The translations under genes and the position numbers were made by a program. Source: a virus (taxonomy: Duplodnaviria; Caudoviricetes). From it: a DNA stretch of 64,000 bases. Positions 10,858 through 21,638 of this stretch are shown here, in pieces. The notes under the pieces were generated by a model. It made no database searches. It had not been told where the DNA came from and worked only from the letters and a program-made list of their open reading frames with translations. Positions within the stretch are counted from its first letter, which is position 1; every line of letters starts with the position of its first letter. The stretch spans positions 25,718 through 89,717 of IMG/VR virus record IMGVR_UViG_3300025715_000017; one strand, 5' to 3'.

Positions 10858-13800
10858 ATATACTGCATTACGATACCGTTGAAAATGTAGAATATGATGC
10901 CCCTGCTATTGTGTTTGCAGGTAATTCTTATTATTTGCGTTTCAATGATCCCAAAGAATTTTTAGATGTACCTTATTATCCTGGTGCTTGGCAGAATCTC
11001 GATAATCTGGAGCGCGATAGGCGTATTCATATTGTACATACGCCAGCGGTGAATGGTTTTAATTTGGATTATGCCACTGATTGGTTTCCCGAAGAAAGCG
11101 AATTCAAAGCACTAGCCAAGACTGATGATGAGGGTAATAGCCTCATGGAATTCTATTTTGGTAAATCTGGAATAGCGGTAGTTATTGATCGCTATTCCTT
11201 AATATATGAAACTTTTCTAGGTGGTTATATTACGGGTATTGCATATCAATCAGTCAATGCACAAGACGATGCTTCTGAAGTAGAGGCACACCCATTACCG
11301 GATTACGAGTTTTATAAATGGTCGGATCTATGTACAATTAATCCACGGCAAGATAAATTTGTCATAATGGATGTTGATGTCTCTGCTGTTTTTGACGATG
11401 CCACTAAATTTTTTATTTATTTGCCTACACGTTATTGGGCGGGATCAGACTATGCTTATAGTACATTCAATGGTGAGCAGTTTCAAACAAAAGGTACGGC
11501 TATTGCAGCAGTTGTACCAGATAATCATAGATTTTTGGGATGGTCTGATGAATTACCCTTAAATCCACGGACAGACACAGATTCTGTAACTGTTTATCCT
11601 TTATTTGAATTGGATCTTTATACACTAACCTATTGGGGAGTAGGCTCACAGGTTGTTGAACACGGCATGGATGGATCAGCTGCTGCTATTATTGCACCAG
11701 AAGGTGAAACATTCATGGGTTGGTTATGCGACGGTTCGCTTGTAAGTACTGATAATCCACATACAACTTTGAACGTTACTGAATACAAAGAATATTTTCC
11801 ATTATTTGAAACTTCAGTATACACTGTTAATTACACCGCTGGGCCAGGAATCACATTAACTGGCGCATTATCTCAAGAATTAGAGCATGGCGAAACTGGG
11901 GAACCGGTATGCGCTGATGACATTGTAACTTGGTCTGATGGATTGCTTGCCGATTCACATTATGTAGTTAGAGCTACGGAAAATAAGGATATTGTTGCAT
12001 ATAATGCATACACACATGGTGTGGTAATTTATCATGGTACAAATGGCACTTTTTCCGGTGACACTGTGCAAATTGTAACATATAATACTAGCGGTGATGT
12101 GATTACTGCTGTACCAGATGAAGGGTATGAATTTGTAGTATGGTCAGATGGCATTGAAACTACTTCACGCCGAGATCATAATATAATAGGCGCCACTTAC
12201 ATTGAAGCCATTTTTCAACGTAAATCCTACACACTTGACTACTTATCAGCGGAGAATGGCAGTATATCTGGTCAGGCTAATCAGGTTATTGAGCATAATT
12301 TCAGTGGCACGTCTGTTAAAGCCATACCAGATGAGGGTTACATATTTAACGAGTGGTCTGACGGGTATAAACGAGACATTAGAAAAGATGTGAAAGTTAC
12401 TGAGAATTTACAATTCACGGCATCTTTCAAGGTTCGAGAATACAATGTCCAATATATTGGGACATTGGAGGGTATTGCTGAGCAAGTTGTTGCACATGGA
12501 GAAAATTCCACGGAAGTTACAGTAGTGGTACCTGCTGGGCATGAGTTTGTGAAATGGTCGGATGGCGAAACAACTAATCCAAGAAGAGATGTCAATGTAA
12601 CTTCAGATATTTATGTTATCGCTGAAATTCGTAAACAGCGTTTCATTTTGAATTATTTAAATACGGAAGTGCAATTGGTTGAGTATAATCAAAGTGGATC
12701 AGAAGTGGAATGTACATCTGAAACATTTTATGGTTGGTCAGATGGTGTGCTAACCGCTAAGCGTACAGATGATAAGATCACTGACAATTTGTTTGTATTA
12801 CCACGTATTCACCCTACGCAAGAAGAGATAGACGATGAGGCTGCGGATATACAAAGGCGTATAGCCACATTACAACAAGCCTTGCAAACTTACGATGTTG
12901 TAGAAATACAAGAAGAACTTGGTATAGAATTCACACCTGAAATACAAGCTCTCTTGGAAGAACGTTTGCAGGCATTACTTGATTCGGAGGCTATGCCAGC
13001 CTTTCATTTAGCCACTTACGAGGTTAATGGCAATGGCTATATTCTTGGTGAACGTATACAAGAAATACGGGAAGGTGGTAATTCAAGATTCGTAAGAGCC
13101 TTGCCAAATCCAGGATGGCGATTTGTTAGTTGGTCAGATGGTAGTACTGAAGACACGCGCTTCGAGAGTGGCATGACAAGTGATGTTACACTTACCGCGA
13201 ATTTCGAGGAAGCAGAGTATACAATAACATATGAAGTTATTGGCACAGGCACTTTGGAAGGTGAACTTGTGCAAACATTGAAATATGGCGAGGATAGTAC
13301 CCCCGTTATTGCCGATGCACCTGTAACTTGGTCAGATGGCACGGAAGGACTGGTACATCAGATAACTGATGTAACAAGAGATCATGTCATTCATTGTAGT
13401 TTTAATGAAGATACTTTCATTGTATATATTGCCGGAGATCATGGCTCATTTGAAGATGGGGCTAAGCAAATTGTTTTAATAGACAGTGAACCAATTACTG
13501 CCATACCTGATTCAGGTTTCATATTCTCAGAATGGTCAGACGGATCTAAAGCACCTACTAGAGAAGATGTCTCTGGAGAGTATACTGCATATTTCATTCC
13601 GCGTTATGCAATTGTTGATACGAAAATTGATTTAGTTCCCGGTGATCTCATATTGCGTGACGAACGTTTTTCAGGTACATTATCTGGTCATGCTGGTGAC
13701 TTCATTCTCAATGTCGATGGGCTAGAAGAAGAGATTTCCGATAAGCGTATAACAACAGAAGTACCTGAAGTAGTTGATACCGGCATAGTGTTGGAAGTTG

Positions 13801-14741
13801 CTGCTACACATATTGTCACTGATTTGTTTGAAGCAAGTAACTATGTATCCATTGGTGGTAGATTCTATACTGTTTTTTCTTATAGTCGTGGGAACTTATA
13901 TCTTGTCGGGGATATTTCGGAAATTGAAGTTGGGGAAACTATCGAGACTTTCGAGACTCAAGAACATTTGCCATTAAGCGATAACGATTGGTCTGCATGG
14001 GCTAGTGGTTCCGAATTACGTGTAGGCGATGAAACGCATTGGGTATTGGATCATTACCCTAACGCTCGTTCAGAAGTTACAGGATTAAATGACCAGCCGA
14101 TGTTTGATCTTACTGATTGGTCTTATCAAGATATGGATCAACATCCTGAGCCTATAGTTAGCCGTTTTCTGCCTGAAGTTTGGCAGCGTATAAACAAAGC
14201 CACTAGGAAAATTAGATTACAGACACCTTTGGAACAGGATTATGTTAATGCCCCATTTACTATAGTTAATAAGCAATGGTATGTTGCTTCTGTTGAATGC
14301 CTTAAAACATTGCCAAAAGGTCACGAGCCTAAATGTTTCCAGATCCTCCGAATAGGTGGTCAGGATTTACCTTATAGGTTACGCAGATTTGTGTTTCCGA
14401 ATTGGGATTCTGATCGCCTAGAGGGTGATATCATATATGCTTATGGCCCACAATTCAACCCGCCGTATATCGATTCACGTTGGGAAGAGGATGAAGAGGG
14501 ACACGATATATGCCAATATCCCAATTGGTACCAAGAGATGGAATATGGTGCTACATTTACTAGGGTATTAACTGTCAAACAATGGCAAGATTATGAAAGC
14601 ATGGGTGATTTCGGAGACATGTTTGTTTGTGAATTAAACAAAAGCCCTTATAGTTTATTGATGCCAAGTATAGACGAATCTGGTTTGACTTGGACGAAAT
14701 GGGACAAAAAACTTTATCAGGCAGGTATGCACTATGTATGA
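10854..14741 (+). CDS. Large virion-associated protein with ~11 divergent InlB B-repeat-like domains
   Basis: Repeated Q.V.HG....V.A.P..GY.F..WSDG....R.D motif, the same repeat as in the giant ORF. Confidence 0.75.
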   Translation: MNILHYDTVENVEYDAPAIVFAGNSYYLRFNDPKEFLDVPYYPGAWQNLDNLERDRRIHIVHTPAVNGFNLDYATDWFPEESEFKALAKTDDEGNSLMEFYFGKSGIAVVIDRYSLIYETFLGGYITGIAYQSVNAQDDASEVEAHPLPDYEFYKWSDLCTINPRQDKFVIMDVDVSAVFDDATKFFIYLPTRYWAGSDYAYSTFNGEQFQTKGTAIAAVVPDNHRFLGWSDELPLNPRTDTDSVTVYPLFELDLYTLTYWGVGSQVVEHGMDGSAAAIIAPEGETFMGWLCDGSLVSTDNPHTTLNVTEYKEYFPLFETSVYTVNYTAGPGITLTGALSQELEHGETGEPVCADDIVTWSDGLLADSHYVVRATENKDIVAYNAYTHGVVIYHGTNGTFSGDTVQIVTYNTSGDVITAVPDEGYEFVVWSDGIETTSRRDHNIIGATYIEAIFQRKSYTLDYLSAENGSISGQANQVIEHNFSGTSVKAIPDEGYIFNEWSDGYKRDIRKDVKVTENLQFTASFKVREYNVQYIGTLEGIAEQVVAHGENSTEVTVVVPAGHEFVKWSDGETTNPRRDVNVTSDIYVIAEIRKQRFILNYLNTEVQLVEYNQSGSEVECTSETFYGWSDGVLTAKRTDDKITDNLFVLPRIHPTQEEIDDEAADIQRRIATLQQALQTYDVVEIQEELGIEFTPEIQALLEERLQALLDSEAMPAFHLATYEVNGNGYILGERIQEIREGGNSRFVRALPNPGWRFVSWSDGSTEDTRFESGMTSDVTLTANFEEAEYTITYEVIGTGTLEGELVQTLKYGEDSTPVIADAPVTWSDGTEGLVHQITDVTRDHVIHCSFNEDTFIVYIAGDHGSFEDGAKQIVLIDSEPITAIPDSGFIFSEWSDGSKAPTREDVSGEYTAYFIPRYAIVDTKIDLVPGDLILRDERFSGTLSGHAGDFILNVDGLEEEISDKRITTEVPEVVDTGIVLEVAATHIVTDLFEASNYVSIGGRFYTVFSYSRGNLYLVGDISEIEVGETIETFETQEHLPLSDNDWSAWASGSELRVGDETHWVLDHYPNARSEVTGLNDQPMFDLTDWSYQDMDQHPEPIVSRFLPEVWQRINKATRKIRLQTPLEQDYVNAPFTIVNKQWYVASVECLKTLPKGHEPKCFQILRIGGQDLPYRLRRFVFPNWDSDRLEGDIIYAYGPQFNPPYIDSRWEEDEEGHDICQYPNWYQEMEYGATFTRVLTVKQWQDYESMGDFGDMFVCELNKSPYSLLMPSIDESGLTWTKWDKKLYQAGMHYV

Positions 14742-16740
14742 ATATGCCACAAAAGATGATCTACCTAATATAAGACCACCCGCAATGGCTTATGTACGCG
14801 ATGAAGCTGCGTATTATTGGCTATTTAATGAAGGCTGGCGTAGAACTGAGAATAGTTTCCTTGTGGCCGAGAGTACAACTATACCCGATGCTTGTCGTAC
14901 AGCTTTACTCGCATCTAAAGAAGCAACAATCCTTGAGTATGCTGATGGTACAATTACATTGGATAAAGACTATTTGGAGATAATTAATTGCAAATTTTGG
15001 ATCAATAGTCTTGAAGTCACTATAGTTAGTGGGCAAGGTGCTACTTATCAAGTCAATCGAGATTTAACAGATATTACTTTGCCTATTGACATAACTATTA
15101 AGCGCAATACTGATTTATCTTTTGAAAAAATAGTTGACTACCATTATGGTTGGCGAAACATGCCAATTATTGAAACGACGATGGAAGCAGGGAAGGTTAT
15201 CTTAGCCAACTCACAAATTTATTGTGTACAAGATCAAATTGAACCTGATGTAGAATTATTTGGCCACGCCGTTGAGAAGATAGCAGTACCTGCTATGGTA
15301 CAGGGTGAAACTGGTATACATATACAAGATCGACAGTATCGTAAAGATTTTTTCACATGGCATGATGAACCAATAGGCTTCGTAGTAGTCAAGAAAGATG
15401 CACATAAAGGTGATACATCTTTGAAAGTCTATACGACGCCGGAAAGTGTTGGCACGAAAGTTAATCAAAACTGCAAACAAGTCACTTATACTGAGCCAAG
15501 TGCTACTTTCAGTGCTTGTGTGAATGGGCCAGAGCGATCTAATAAGCCTTGGAAATATACTAATGAAATGTGGCTTACTGGCCCTTGGCCCTATGTCGAT
15601 ATTGAATTACACACTGCTGAAAAAACAGGATCAGGTGATTGGCCTGAAGGTCTAAATCATACATTGACTTTCGTTGACCCTATACCTATGCCATTGACAC
15701 ACGGTACTTGTGCTTATTACCGCACGAATGAATGGTGGCTACCACCAGTAGTGCCAAGTTTTGGATGGGTTGTTCTTGGTGACTATGCTGGTACAATTGG
15801 TAAGAAATCTATAGATGTACGCATATACACTCAAGCAGGTGCTGAACATACCATGTTTACGCATGAACGTGGTGCAACGAAAATTGATCTTTTCAAACCG
15901 TGGACTATGTTACCTTCATCGCAGCGTCGTCATTCCAATCTCAGGGGCATTGCACCGGGGGATCAAGTAATCTTTGAAAATGACAGTTTCAGGGCTAGTT
16001 CTTTACCCTATGGCAATGTACCCATTGAAGATTGGGATTTACGCCCATTCAGTAAACAAATATATACAGTGACGGAAGTTTCTGAAACGGAGACACAAAA
16101 TCCCAATTGGATCAAAATCAGCCCAGGTTTGCAACGTGCGTTATATGATGCAATGACAGATTTACAAAATCCAATGGCTTTAGGTAATTTATGCTACTGG
16201 ATACCTGCGGCGTCTACTTGGCGTAATTACCAAACTGAAAGTTGGAAACTACGATGCTTTGGCTGGACTGATGGGCATGGTAAGACTGGTGTACCTATTT
16301 ATGTGAAAAATGTAGTTGGTAAAACATTAAATCTATTAGCACCATTACCGGGTGATATTCCTGCTGGGACGAAAATGTATATGTGGTCAGCAGTAGATAA
16401 TGAGACAATGACTTATGCTTATCATGATCCATTTTCTTATGCTTACAATATTTTTCTTGATAAGCGCATAGATGATTTACAAGCAGATGCAGCAGAGTAT
16501 AATAGCCAATTAGATCGTGAATATAATCATTACACGAATCTTCTGGGAAAGGCTATGGAAGCTGGTAAACGTTTATGGTTTACTCCACCTTTTTATGAGA
16601 ATATGAATCTCAATGACTATGCTGGCATTGATTTTCAAAAAACTTTCGAGGATATCGCAGCACGGCGTATTAATATAGAACGCCCAAGAAGCAGTGACAT
16701 AGAGTATATATCGCTCTTAAACTACAGGAATGTATTATAA
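14734..16740 (+). CDS. Hypothetical protein, probable tail component
   Basis: 668 aa ORF overlapping its neighbours in the structural operon. Confidence 0.65.
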   Translation: MYEYATKDDLPNIRPPAMAYVRDEAAYYWLFNEGWRRTENSFLVAESTTIPDACRTALLASKEATILEYADGTITLDKDYLEIINCKFWINSLEVTIVSGQGATYQVNRDLTDITLPIDITIKRNTDLSFEKIVDYHYGWRNMPIIETTMEAGKVILANSQIYCVQDQIEPDVELFGHAVEKIAVPAMVQGETGIHIQDRQYRKDFFTWHDEPIGFVVVKKDAHKGDTSLKVYTTPESVGTKVNQNCKQVTYTEPSATFSACVNGPERSNKPWKYTNEMWLTGPWPYVDIELHTAEKTGSGDWPEGLNHTLTFVDPIPMPLTHGTCAYYRTNEWWLPPVVPSFGWVVLGDYAGTIGKKSIDVRIYTQAGAEHTMFTHERGATKIDLFKPWTMLPSSQRRHSNLRGIAPGDQVIFENDSFRASSLPYGNVPIEDWDLRPFSKQIYTVTEVSETETQNPNWIKISPGLQRALYDAMTDLQNPMALGNLCYWIPAASTWRNYQTESWKLRCFGWTDGHGKTGVPIYVKNVVGKTLNLLAPLPGDIPAGTKMYMWSAVDNETMTYAYHDPFSYAYNIFLDKRIDDLQADAAEYNSQLDREYNHYTNLLGKAMEAGKRLWFTPPFYENMNLNDYAGIDFQKTFEDIAARRINIERPRSSDIEYISLLNYRNVL

Positions 16741-17183
16741 TGGAACCTTGGAATTGGGAAACACCGAATTGCCATTTCGAGTTAAGTGCCAATAATGGCA
16801 ATGTGACAAGGATCTTGCAAATAACACGTGTAAGATATGATGCTAATACATCTAAGGCTTCCAATCGTCTAATAACTAACGGAAGTGCTTTTCACTTACC
16901 GCATAGGCACTCACAAACTTTCATGTTCGTTGAACGGATATTAGGAACCCCTAATTATTTGAAATTTCGTGATTATATGCATGACATGCGCTCGAAAGTT
17001 GTGCAATTGAATATGTTAAGAGAGACTTGGAAGCACAAAGATGGTAACATTGTAAAAAAATATAAGCAAGTTGGTGGAATTGCAAAAGTCACATACAGTG
17101 AAGCACATGATTATAGATGGGATGCAAGTGTTACTTATCAAATAACTAAGGATGCACGGGAAAAGGATGTGGCATCTACATAA
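16740..17183 (+). CDS. Hypothetical protein, possibly distal-tail-like
   Basis: TAATG overlap; size and position ahead of a large tail-like gene. Confidence 0.55.
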   Translation: MEPWNWETPNCHFELSANNGNVTRILQITRVRYDANTSKASNRLITNGSAFHLPHRHSQTFMFVERILGTPNYLKFRDYMHDMRSKVVQLNMLRETWKHKDGNIVKKYKQVGGIAKVTYSEAHDYRWDASVTYQITKDAREKDVAST

Positions 17184-17192
17184 GGATATGGT

Positions 17193-19955
17193 ATGCTGAA
17201 ATTTTGGTTAGTTGATGATATCGCAACATGGGAAGAGCCTGAAAATACCGATAGGTATGATTGGAATGAAGAATGCCTTCTCATGAAAATGCCGGATTAT
17301 ATCGGGCAAATAGTACCTTTGCGCGAAGCGCAGGTAAAAGAGTCAATAAACGGGTCACCATATATTTTTTGTAATGTGCAATCCATCTATACTGATTATT
17401 CTTTGGAATTTCTGCTGAATGAGAAAGAAAGATTGGCTCTTGATAAATTCATTTATGCGGTTGGTGAGCATACGAAAACACATGGCGGTGTAACTTACCC
17501 ATTTCCTTATTTCTATTATTCTGGTTTGGAGAATACTTTCGATTATGATCCCAGTCAATACACTAAAGATATAAGATCAGGGCCAGATAGCAATTTCTAT
17601 ATGACTATACTGTCACAAGATATTGAAGCGGTAGAATATGATTCTAATGTTGATGATTTTCAAACGGATGAAATAATCTCACATAAGTACCGTGTCAACC
17701 TTTTAGTACGGGTTATGCAGCGTCTAAAAAAGGGAACCAAAGATGATATTTACATAGTCAAACTTATTTGGGAAAATTATTCCATTCTATTGGGGTATGA
17801 CACCTTAACCAATGTAAACATATATGGGTGGCTTTCAAATCTCACTGGTTTTTCTTCTACAAGTGCCGTGAATGGTTTTGGCTCGGTTGCTAATCTCACT
17901 GTTACCTTGGCAGCTTATCAGCAATATAATGAATTACCTGCTGAGCATCCCATGAAAAAGATACATCAGCATATCGACAATTTACGAGATGCTACTGTAG
18001 AGATCATTTGGAATGGCACTGTCGTTTTCAAAGGCAGACCCTATACACCATTTACATGGGATAGTGCAACTTATGAATTAAGTTTCGATTGCATGATGAA
18101 TGTGAAAAATAAGCAAATGGGTTTTCAACCTGATTTTGATTCCAATGAGCCGTTGTTAAAATCAGATCAAAATTGGCCTCATACCTTTGGTAATGTGCTA
18201 TTTCCAGTAGAGCCACTGTGTGCTACACCAGAGACTGCACTTACGCGGACACTGTATATTACACAAAGTTTCGCGGATCATGATAATAATATTTATAAGA
18301 GTGGAGAGACATTTCAATTATCTATTGATCCCACTCGCAGATTACCTGAAGGTACACACACATTCTTATTGCAAATGGGTAATACAGATTATTTGAGATT
18401 TCAAGGTATGGCTGGGGAAATGTCTTTAGTTATTACAAATTTCAATGTCCCGTGGGCAGTTGACATTCCTCTTGTACCCTTAGAACAGTATGGTACTGGG
18501 TATATTGATGATGAGGAATATCAACCTAATACTTTCATAATCAATTCGGAGAATCCACCATATCTTGTTGGTAAACATATAATTGGCGAGGCAGAGCGCT
18601 TGAATTGGGAAATAGGGGATCAAGGTGCTTTTTCTGAGCGGCTTAGTAAAATTGAATTTTGGGCTACAGTTGTTGGGCAAGATGGGCCAGTGTTATATGT
18701 TAATAATATTCGTGAAGCAGAATACTCAAGAGAAATAAGGCTATCGGGTTGGAAAGCCAAGAGTATTTTATATGTCATGGAGAATCGTATATTCCAACCT
18801 AATTCTTGGGAAATAGTGCCGCTGCCTGCTGTTCGCCAAGCAAAAGAGGATAATGATGCCACGGACAGTCGTTTGACTTCGCTAGAGCGTGCAGTATATG
18901 GCATTAATACGGAAATGCTGCAATGGTCATATGTCAATCAAGATACATTGGCTTGGACTTTAGCTGAACAGTCAAGAGTTATTTGCGTATCTTGGATATA
19001 TGACAAAATATATCCAATCAGTTTGGATCTTGTTACTGTGGTTAATAATGCCTATCAGCGTATTGGTAATCGTATATATGCATTACCTGTTGATTCCATC
19101 TATGGGTTTGATGGTACTAATTTCATTCTTTTGGAACATTCTTTTGGGACTTATGATGCGCCTACATGGTCGGTGACTTTTGATCTTGAAGATATCCGCC
19201 CATATCTTCCTGAAGAATGTACTTTCATGCTGTTATACGATCACCTTGAGGGTGTAATGGCTGATACATCTAATACTCTGAATAATGATTGGGAAGTATT
19301 CAATTTCCTAGTTAAAAAATACACTGACATAGAAGTACGTGATTATGCCTATGCTGATGTGCATACATTGATGGCCTCGAATTTTTATACACGAGAAGTC
19401 ACAAACGTAAAAACATGGTTAAGTGAAGTCATGCAAGAACGTGGTTATAAGATCATAGTCAATACCAATCGTACTGCGGAAATTGTGCCACTATTCAGTG
19501 ACGCTTGGGCTGCTTTAGATTTGGCCCCTATTTACACTTTCAATGAAAATAATATTGAGGCTAATAGTATCTCTTTCAAAAGTACGGGGTTAGAAGATGT
19601 CATCAATGAATTCACCATAGAGATACCTTGGTGGCAGGCCAAATTCATAATCAAGGGAGATCAAACTTATAATGAGCAAAGTGATAGCCATACCATGAAA
19701 ACTTGGTGGCAATATGAAGTGTGGAAGTACTGGATTGATTGGCACTCTAAAGTATGGCGGGAAGTTACTTTCAGGACATTTCTAACTAAAGATTTATTAA
19801 AAGCGAGATCGAAAAAGCGTGAAGGTTTACCTTCGCCTTTGGAAACTATCGAAATAGACACATCTATTTTTGCTGGTAAAGGTATCATCAAATCCATTAA
19901 TGTGGATGGGTTTATTGCTACCATAACAATAATTTCAGAAACGGAGGTAATATGA
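17193..19955 (+). CDS. Probable tail/baseplate hub-like protein
   Basis: 920 aa, last large gene of the structural block; C-terminal segment with tail-protein-like pattern (TFNENNI...SISFKSTGLEDVINEFTI...GIIKSINV). Confidence 0.55.
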   Translation: MLKFWLVDDIATWEEPENTDRYDWNEECLLMKMPDYIGQIVPLREAQVKESINGSPYIFCNVQSIYTDYSLEFLLNEKERLALDKFIYAVGEHTKTHGGVTYPFPYFYYSGLENTFDYDPSQYTKDIRSGPDSNFYMTILSQDIEAVEYDSNVDDFQTDEIISHKYRVNLLVRVMQRLKKGTKDDIYIVKLIWENYSILLGYDTLTNVNIYGWLSNLTGFSSTSAVNGFGSVANLTVTLAAYQQYNELPAEHPMKKIHQHIDNLRDATVEIIWNGTVVFKGRPYTPFTWDSATYELSFDCMMNVKNKQMGFQPDFDSNEPLLKSDQNWPHTFGNVLFPVEPLCATPETALTRTLYITQSFADHDNNIYKSGETFQLSIDPTRRLPEGTHTFLLQMGNTDYLRFQGMAGEMSLVITNFNVPWAVDIPLVPLEQYGTGYIDDEEYQPNTFIINSENPPYLVGKHIIGEAERLNWEIGDQGAFSERLSKIEFWATVVGQDGPVLYVNNIREAEYSREIRLSGWKAKSILYVMENRIFQPNSWEIVPLPAVRQAKEDNDATDSRLTSLERAVYGINTEMLQWSYVNQDTLAWTLAEQSRVICVSWIYDKIYPISLDLVTVVNNAYQRIGNRIYALPVDSIYGFDGTNFILLEHSFGTYDAPTWSVTFDLEDIRPYLPEECTFMLLYDHLEGVMADTSNTLNNDWEVFNFLVKKYTDIEVRDYAYADVHTLMASNFYTREVTNVKTWLSEVMQERGYKIIVNTNRTAEIVPLFSDAWAALDLAPIYTFNENNIEANSISFKSTGLEDVINEFTIEIPWWQAKFIIKGDQTYNEQSDSHTMKTWWQYEVWKYWIDWHSKVWREVTFRTFLTKDLLKARSKKREGLPSPLETIEIDTSIFAGKGIIKSINVDGFIATITIISETEVI

Positions 19956-20278
19956 GTGATCTGATTTTCGTGGTACTACTCGGCGTGATTGCTGGGGTCG
20001 CACAAATGGATTGGTTAAAGAAATGGAAGTACGCTTGGGCATTAGATATTGTGCGTCTGGCCGTGGCATGGACTTACAATGAGGTTGTAAGACCGCAAAA
20101 GCAAGAAAATGGCGGTAAACTATCTAATGAGCAAGCAAAGAAAGCTCGTGAAGAAGCAATAACGAAAACCCTAGCCATTGCAAAAGAAAACGGCCTTGAT
20201 ATCAATAAGATTCTTGGTGCAGATCTTCTTGAGCTCTATGTTGAAATGGCCGTGTCTAAGGCAAAGAAAGGTCAGTGA
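19952..20278 (+). CDS. Putative holin (LL-H-like)
   Basis: One N-terminal hydrophobic helix, then AV..TYNEVV...GGKLSNEQAKKAREEAI; follows the tail genes. Confidence 0.5.
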   Translation: MSDLIFVVLLGVIAGVAQMDWLKKWKYAWALDIVRLAVAWTYNEVVRPQKQENGGKLSNEQAKKAREEAITKTLAIAKENGLDINKILGADLLELYVEMAVSKAKKGQ

Positions 20279-20982
20279 TGAGAATTAGCATATTGATATG
20301 TACACCTGATAGCACAAGTATGCGTTTTAGGCGGTGCTATAACTCTTTATTGACGACAACGAAAGGCCATTCTTATGATCTACGGATATTTGATAACCGT
20401 GGGGATAAAGATTTTTCGCATATTGCAGAGATCAATAAAGCATTAGACATCGCTGATGGGCCAATGGTTACTATTGATGATGATGTAGTGCTTGAAGGTA
20501 ATTGGTTAGATGCTTTGCTTAATCAGGTTACACCTACTGTTGGTATCGTTTCCTGTACATCCACAAATGAACGCGGACAGATAAGATCAAAGGGTGCTAC
20601 ATTCACGAAACATGGAGTTGCAAAACTGCTTAGACGTGAAATTAATGAGCCTATTTTTGTGCCTTGCACGGGATCATGTTGCTCATTGATTAATACCCCT
20701 GCTTTGGGTGGATTACGCTACAGCCATGAGTATAAGAAATATTGTTTTGACCCTGATTTGTCTTTCAGATTATGGGAAAGAAGTATTTCAACTATAGTTG
20801 TCCCTGAAAAAGTATGGCACGATTCTGGCGGCACGATGCGTGATCTTGGTATAGATCGTCGTCCTTTTGCACAGGCAGATGAGGCAACTTTCAAAAAGAA
20901 ATGGATAGACACAGGCCGTTTGCAAGAACTTTATGATAGGCATAGTCTCTTGTGGCCTGAAGAATTACGGAGTATTCTATGA
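20278..20982 (+). CDS. Glycosyltransferase, GT2-like (GT-A fold)
   Basis: ISILICT, IFDN, TIDDDV (DxD), GSCCSLIN, FDPDLSFRL motifs; TGATG overlap gives the start at 20278. Confidence 0.8.
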   Translation: MRISILICTPDSTSMRFRRCYNSLLTTTKGHSYDLRIFDNRGDKDFSHIAEINKALDIADGPMVTIDDDVVLEGNWLDALLNQVTPTVGIVSCTSTNERGQIRSKGATFTKHGVAKLLRREINEPIFVPCTGSCCSLINTPALGGLRYSHEYKKYCFDPDLSFRLWERSISTIVVPEKVWHDSGGTMRDLGIDRRPFAQADEATFKKKWIDTGRLQELYDRHSLLWPEELRSIL

Positions 20983-21629
20983 GAGCTAGCGTATTAATTT
21001 GTACACCAGATAGCAGCACCGAGAGATTTAAGCGATGTTATGATGCAGTTATTGCTACAACCAAAGGCATTTCTTTTGATCTTCGTATTGTAGATAATAG
21101 GTACACGAAAACTTTCAGTCAACAAGACGAGATCAACAAAATGAAAAAGATTGCCGATGGCCCCGTCATAAATATGGACGATGATGTAATAGTTCAAGGC
21201 AATTGGTTTAATGGCTTATTGGATCGTGTTACACCTGAAGTGGGTTTGATTTGTTGTAACATGACTAATAAATCTGATATACCAGTACCAGTAACAGCAC
21301 CTGCCACCGGACTTTGTTGCACCTTACTTAATATACCTGTATGGCCAAATCAAATTGTCGTGGATACGGGTTACAAGAAATATTTCTTTGACCCAGATTT
21401 ATGCTTACAATTATGGGCTGCGGGCTTGCAAGTCAAGGTAATTCCCGAAAAAATACACCATGAAAATGGTGGTGCTATGAAAGAATTAGGCTTAGACCGT
21501 GAAGGGCCACATGAGCATGACCGCTTGCGATTTAAGAAACGTTGGATTGATAGTGGAAAATACGCGGAACTTAGTGAAAGGTATAAGGGTATATGGGACT
21601 TTGAGTTACGAAAGGCTATATACAGTTAG
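20979..21629 (+). CDS. Glycosyltransferase, GT2-like; tandem paralog of the preceding gene
   Basis: Shared LICTPDS.. RF.RCY, TTKG, EINK, DDDV..GNW, FDPDL, FKK.WID.G. Confidence 0.8.
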   Translation: MRASVLICTPDSSTERFKRCYDAVIATTKGISFDLRIVDNRYTKTFSQQDEINKMKKIADGPVINMDDDVIVQGNWFNGLLDRVTPEVGLICCNMTNKSDIPVPVTAPATGLCCTLLNIPVWPNQIVVDTGYKKYFFDPDLCLQLWAAGLQVKVIPEKIHHENGGAMKELGLDREGPHEHDRLRFKKRWIDSGKYAELSERYKGIWDFELRKAIYS

Positions 21630-21638
21630 GAAGTAACT

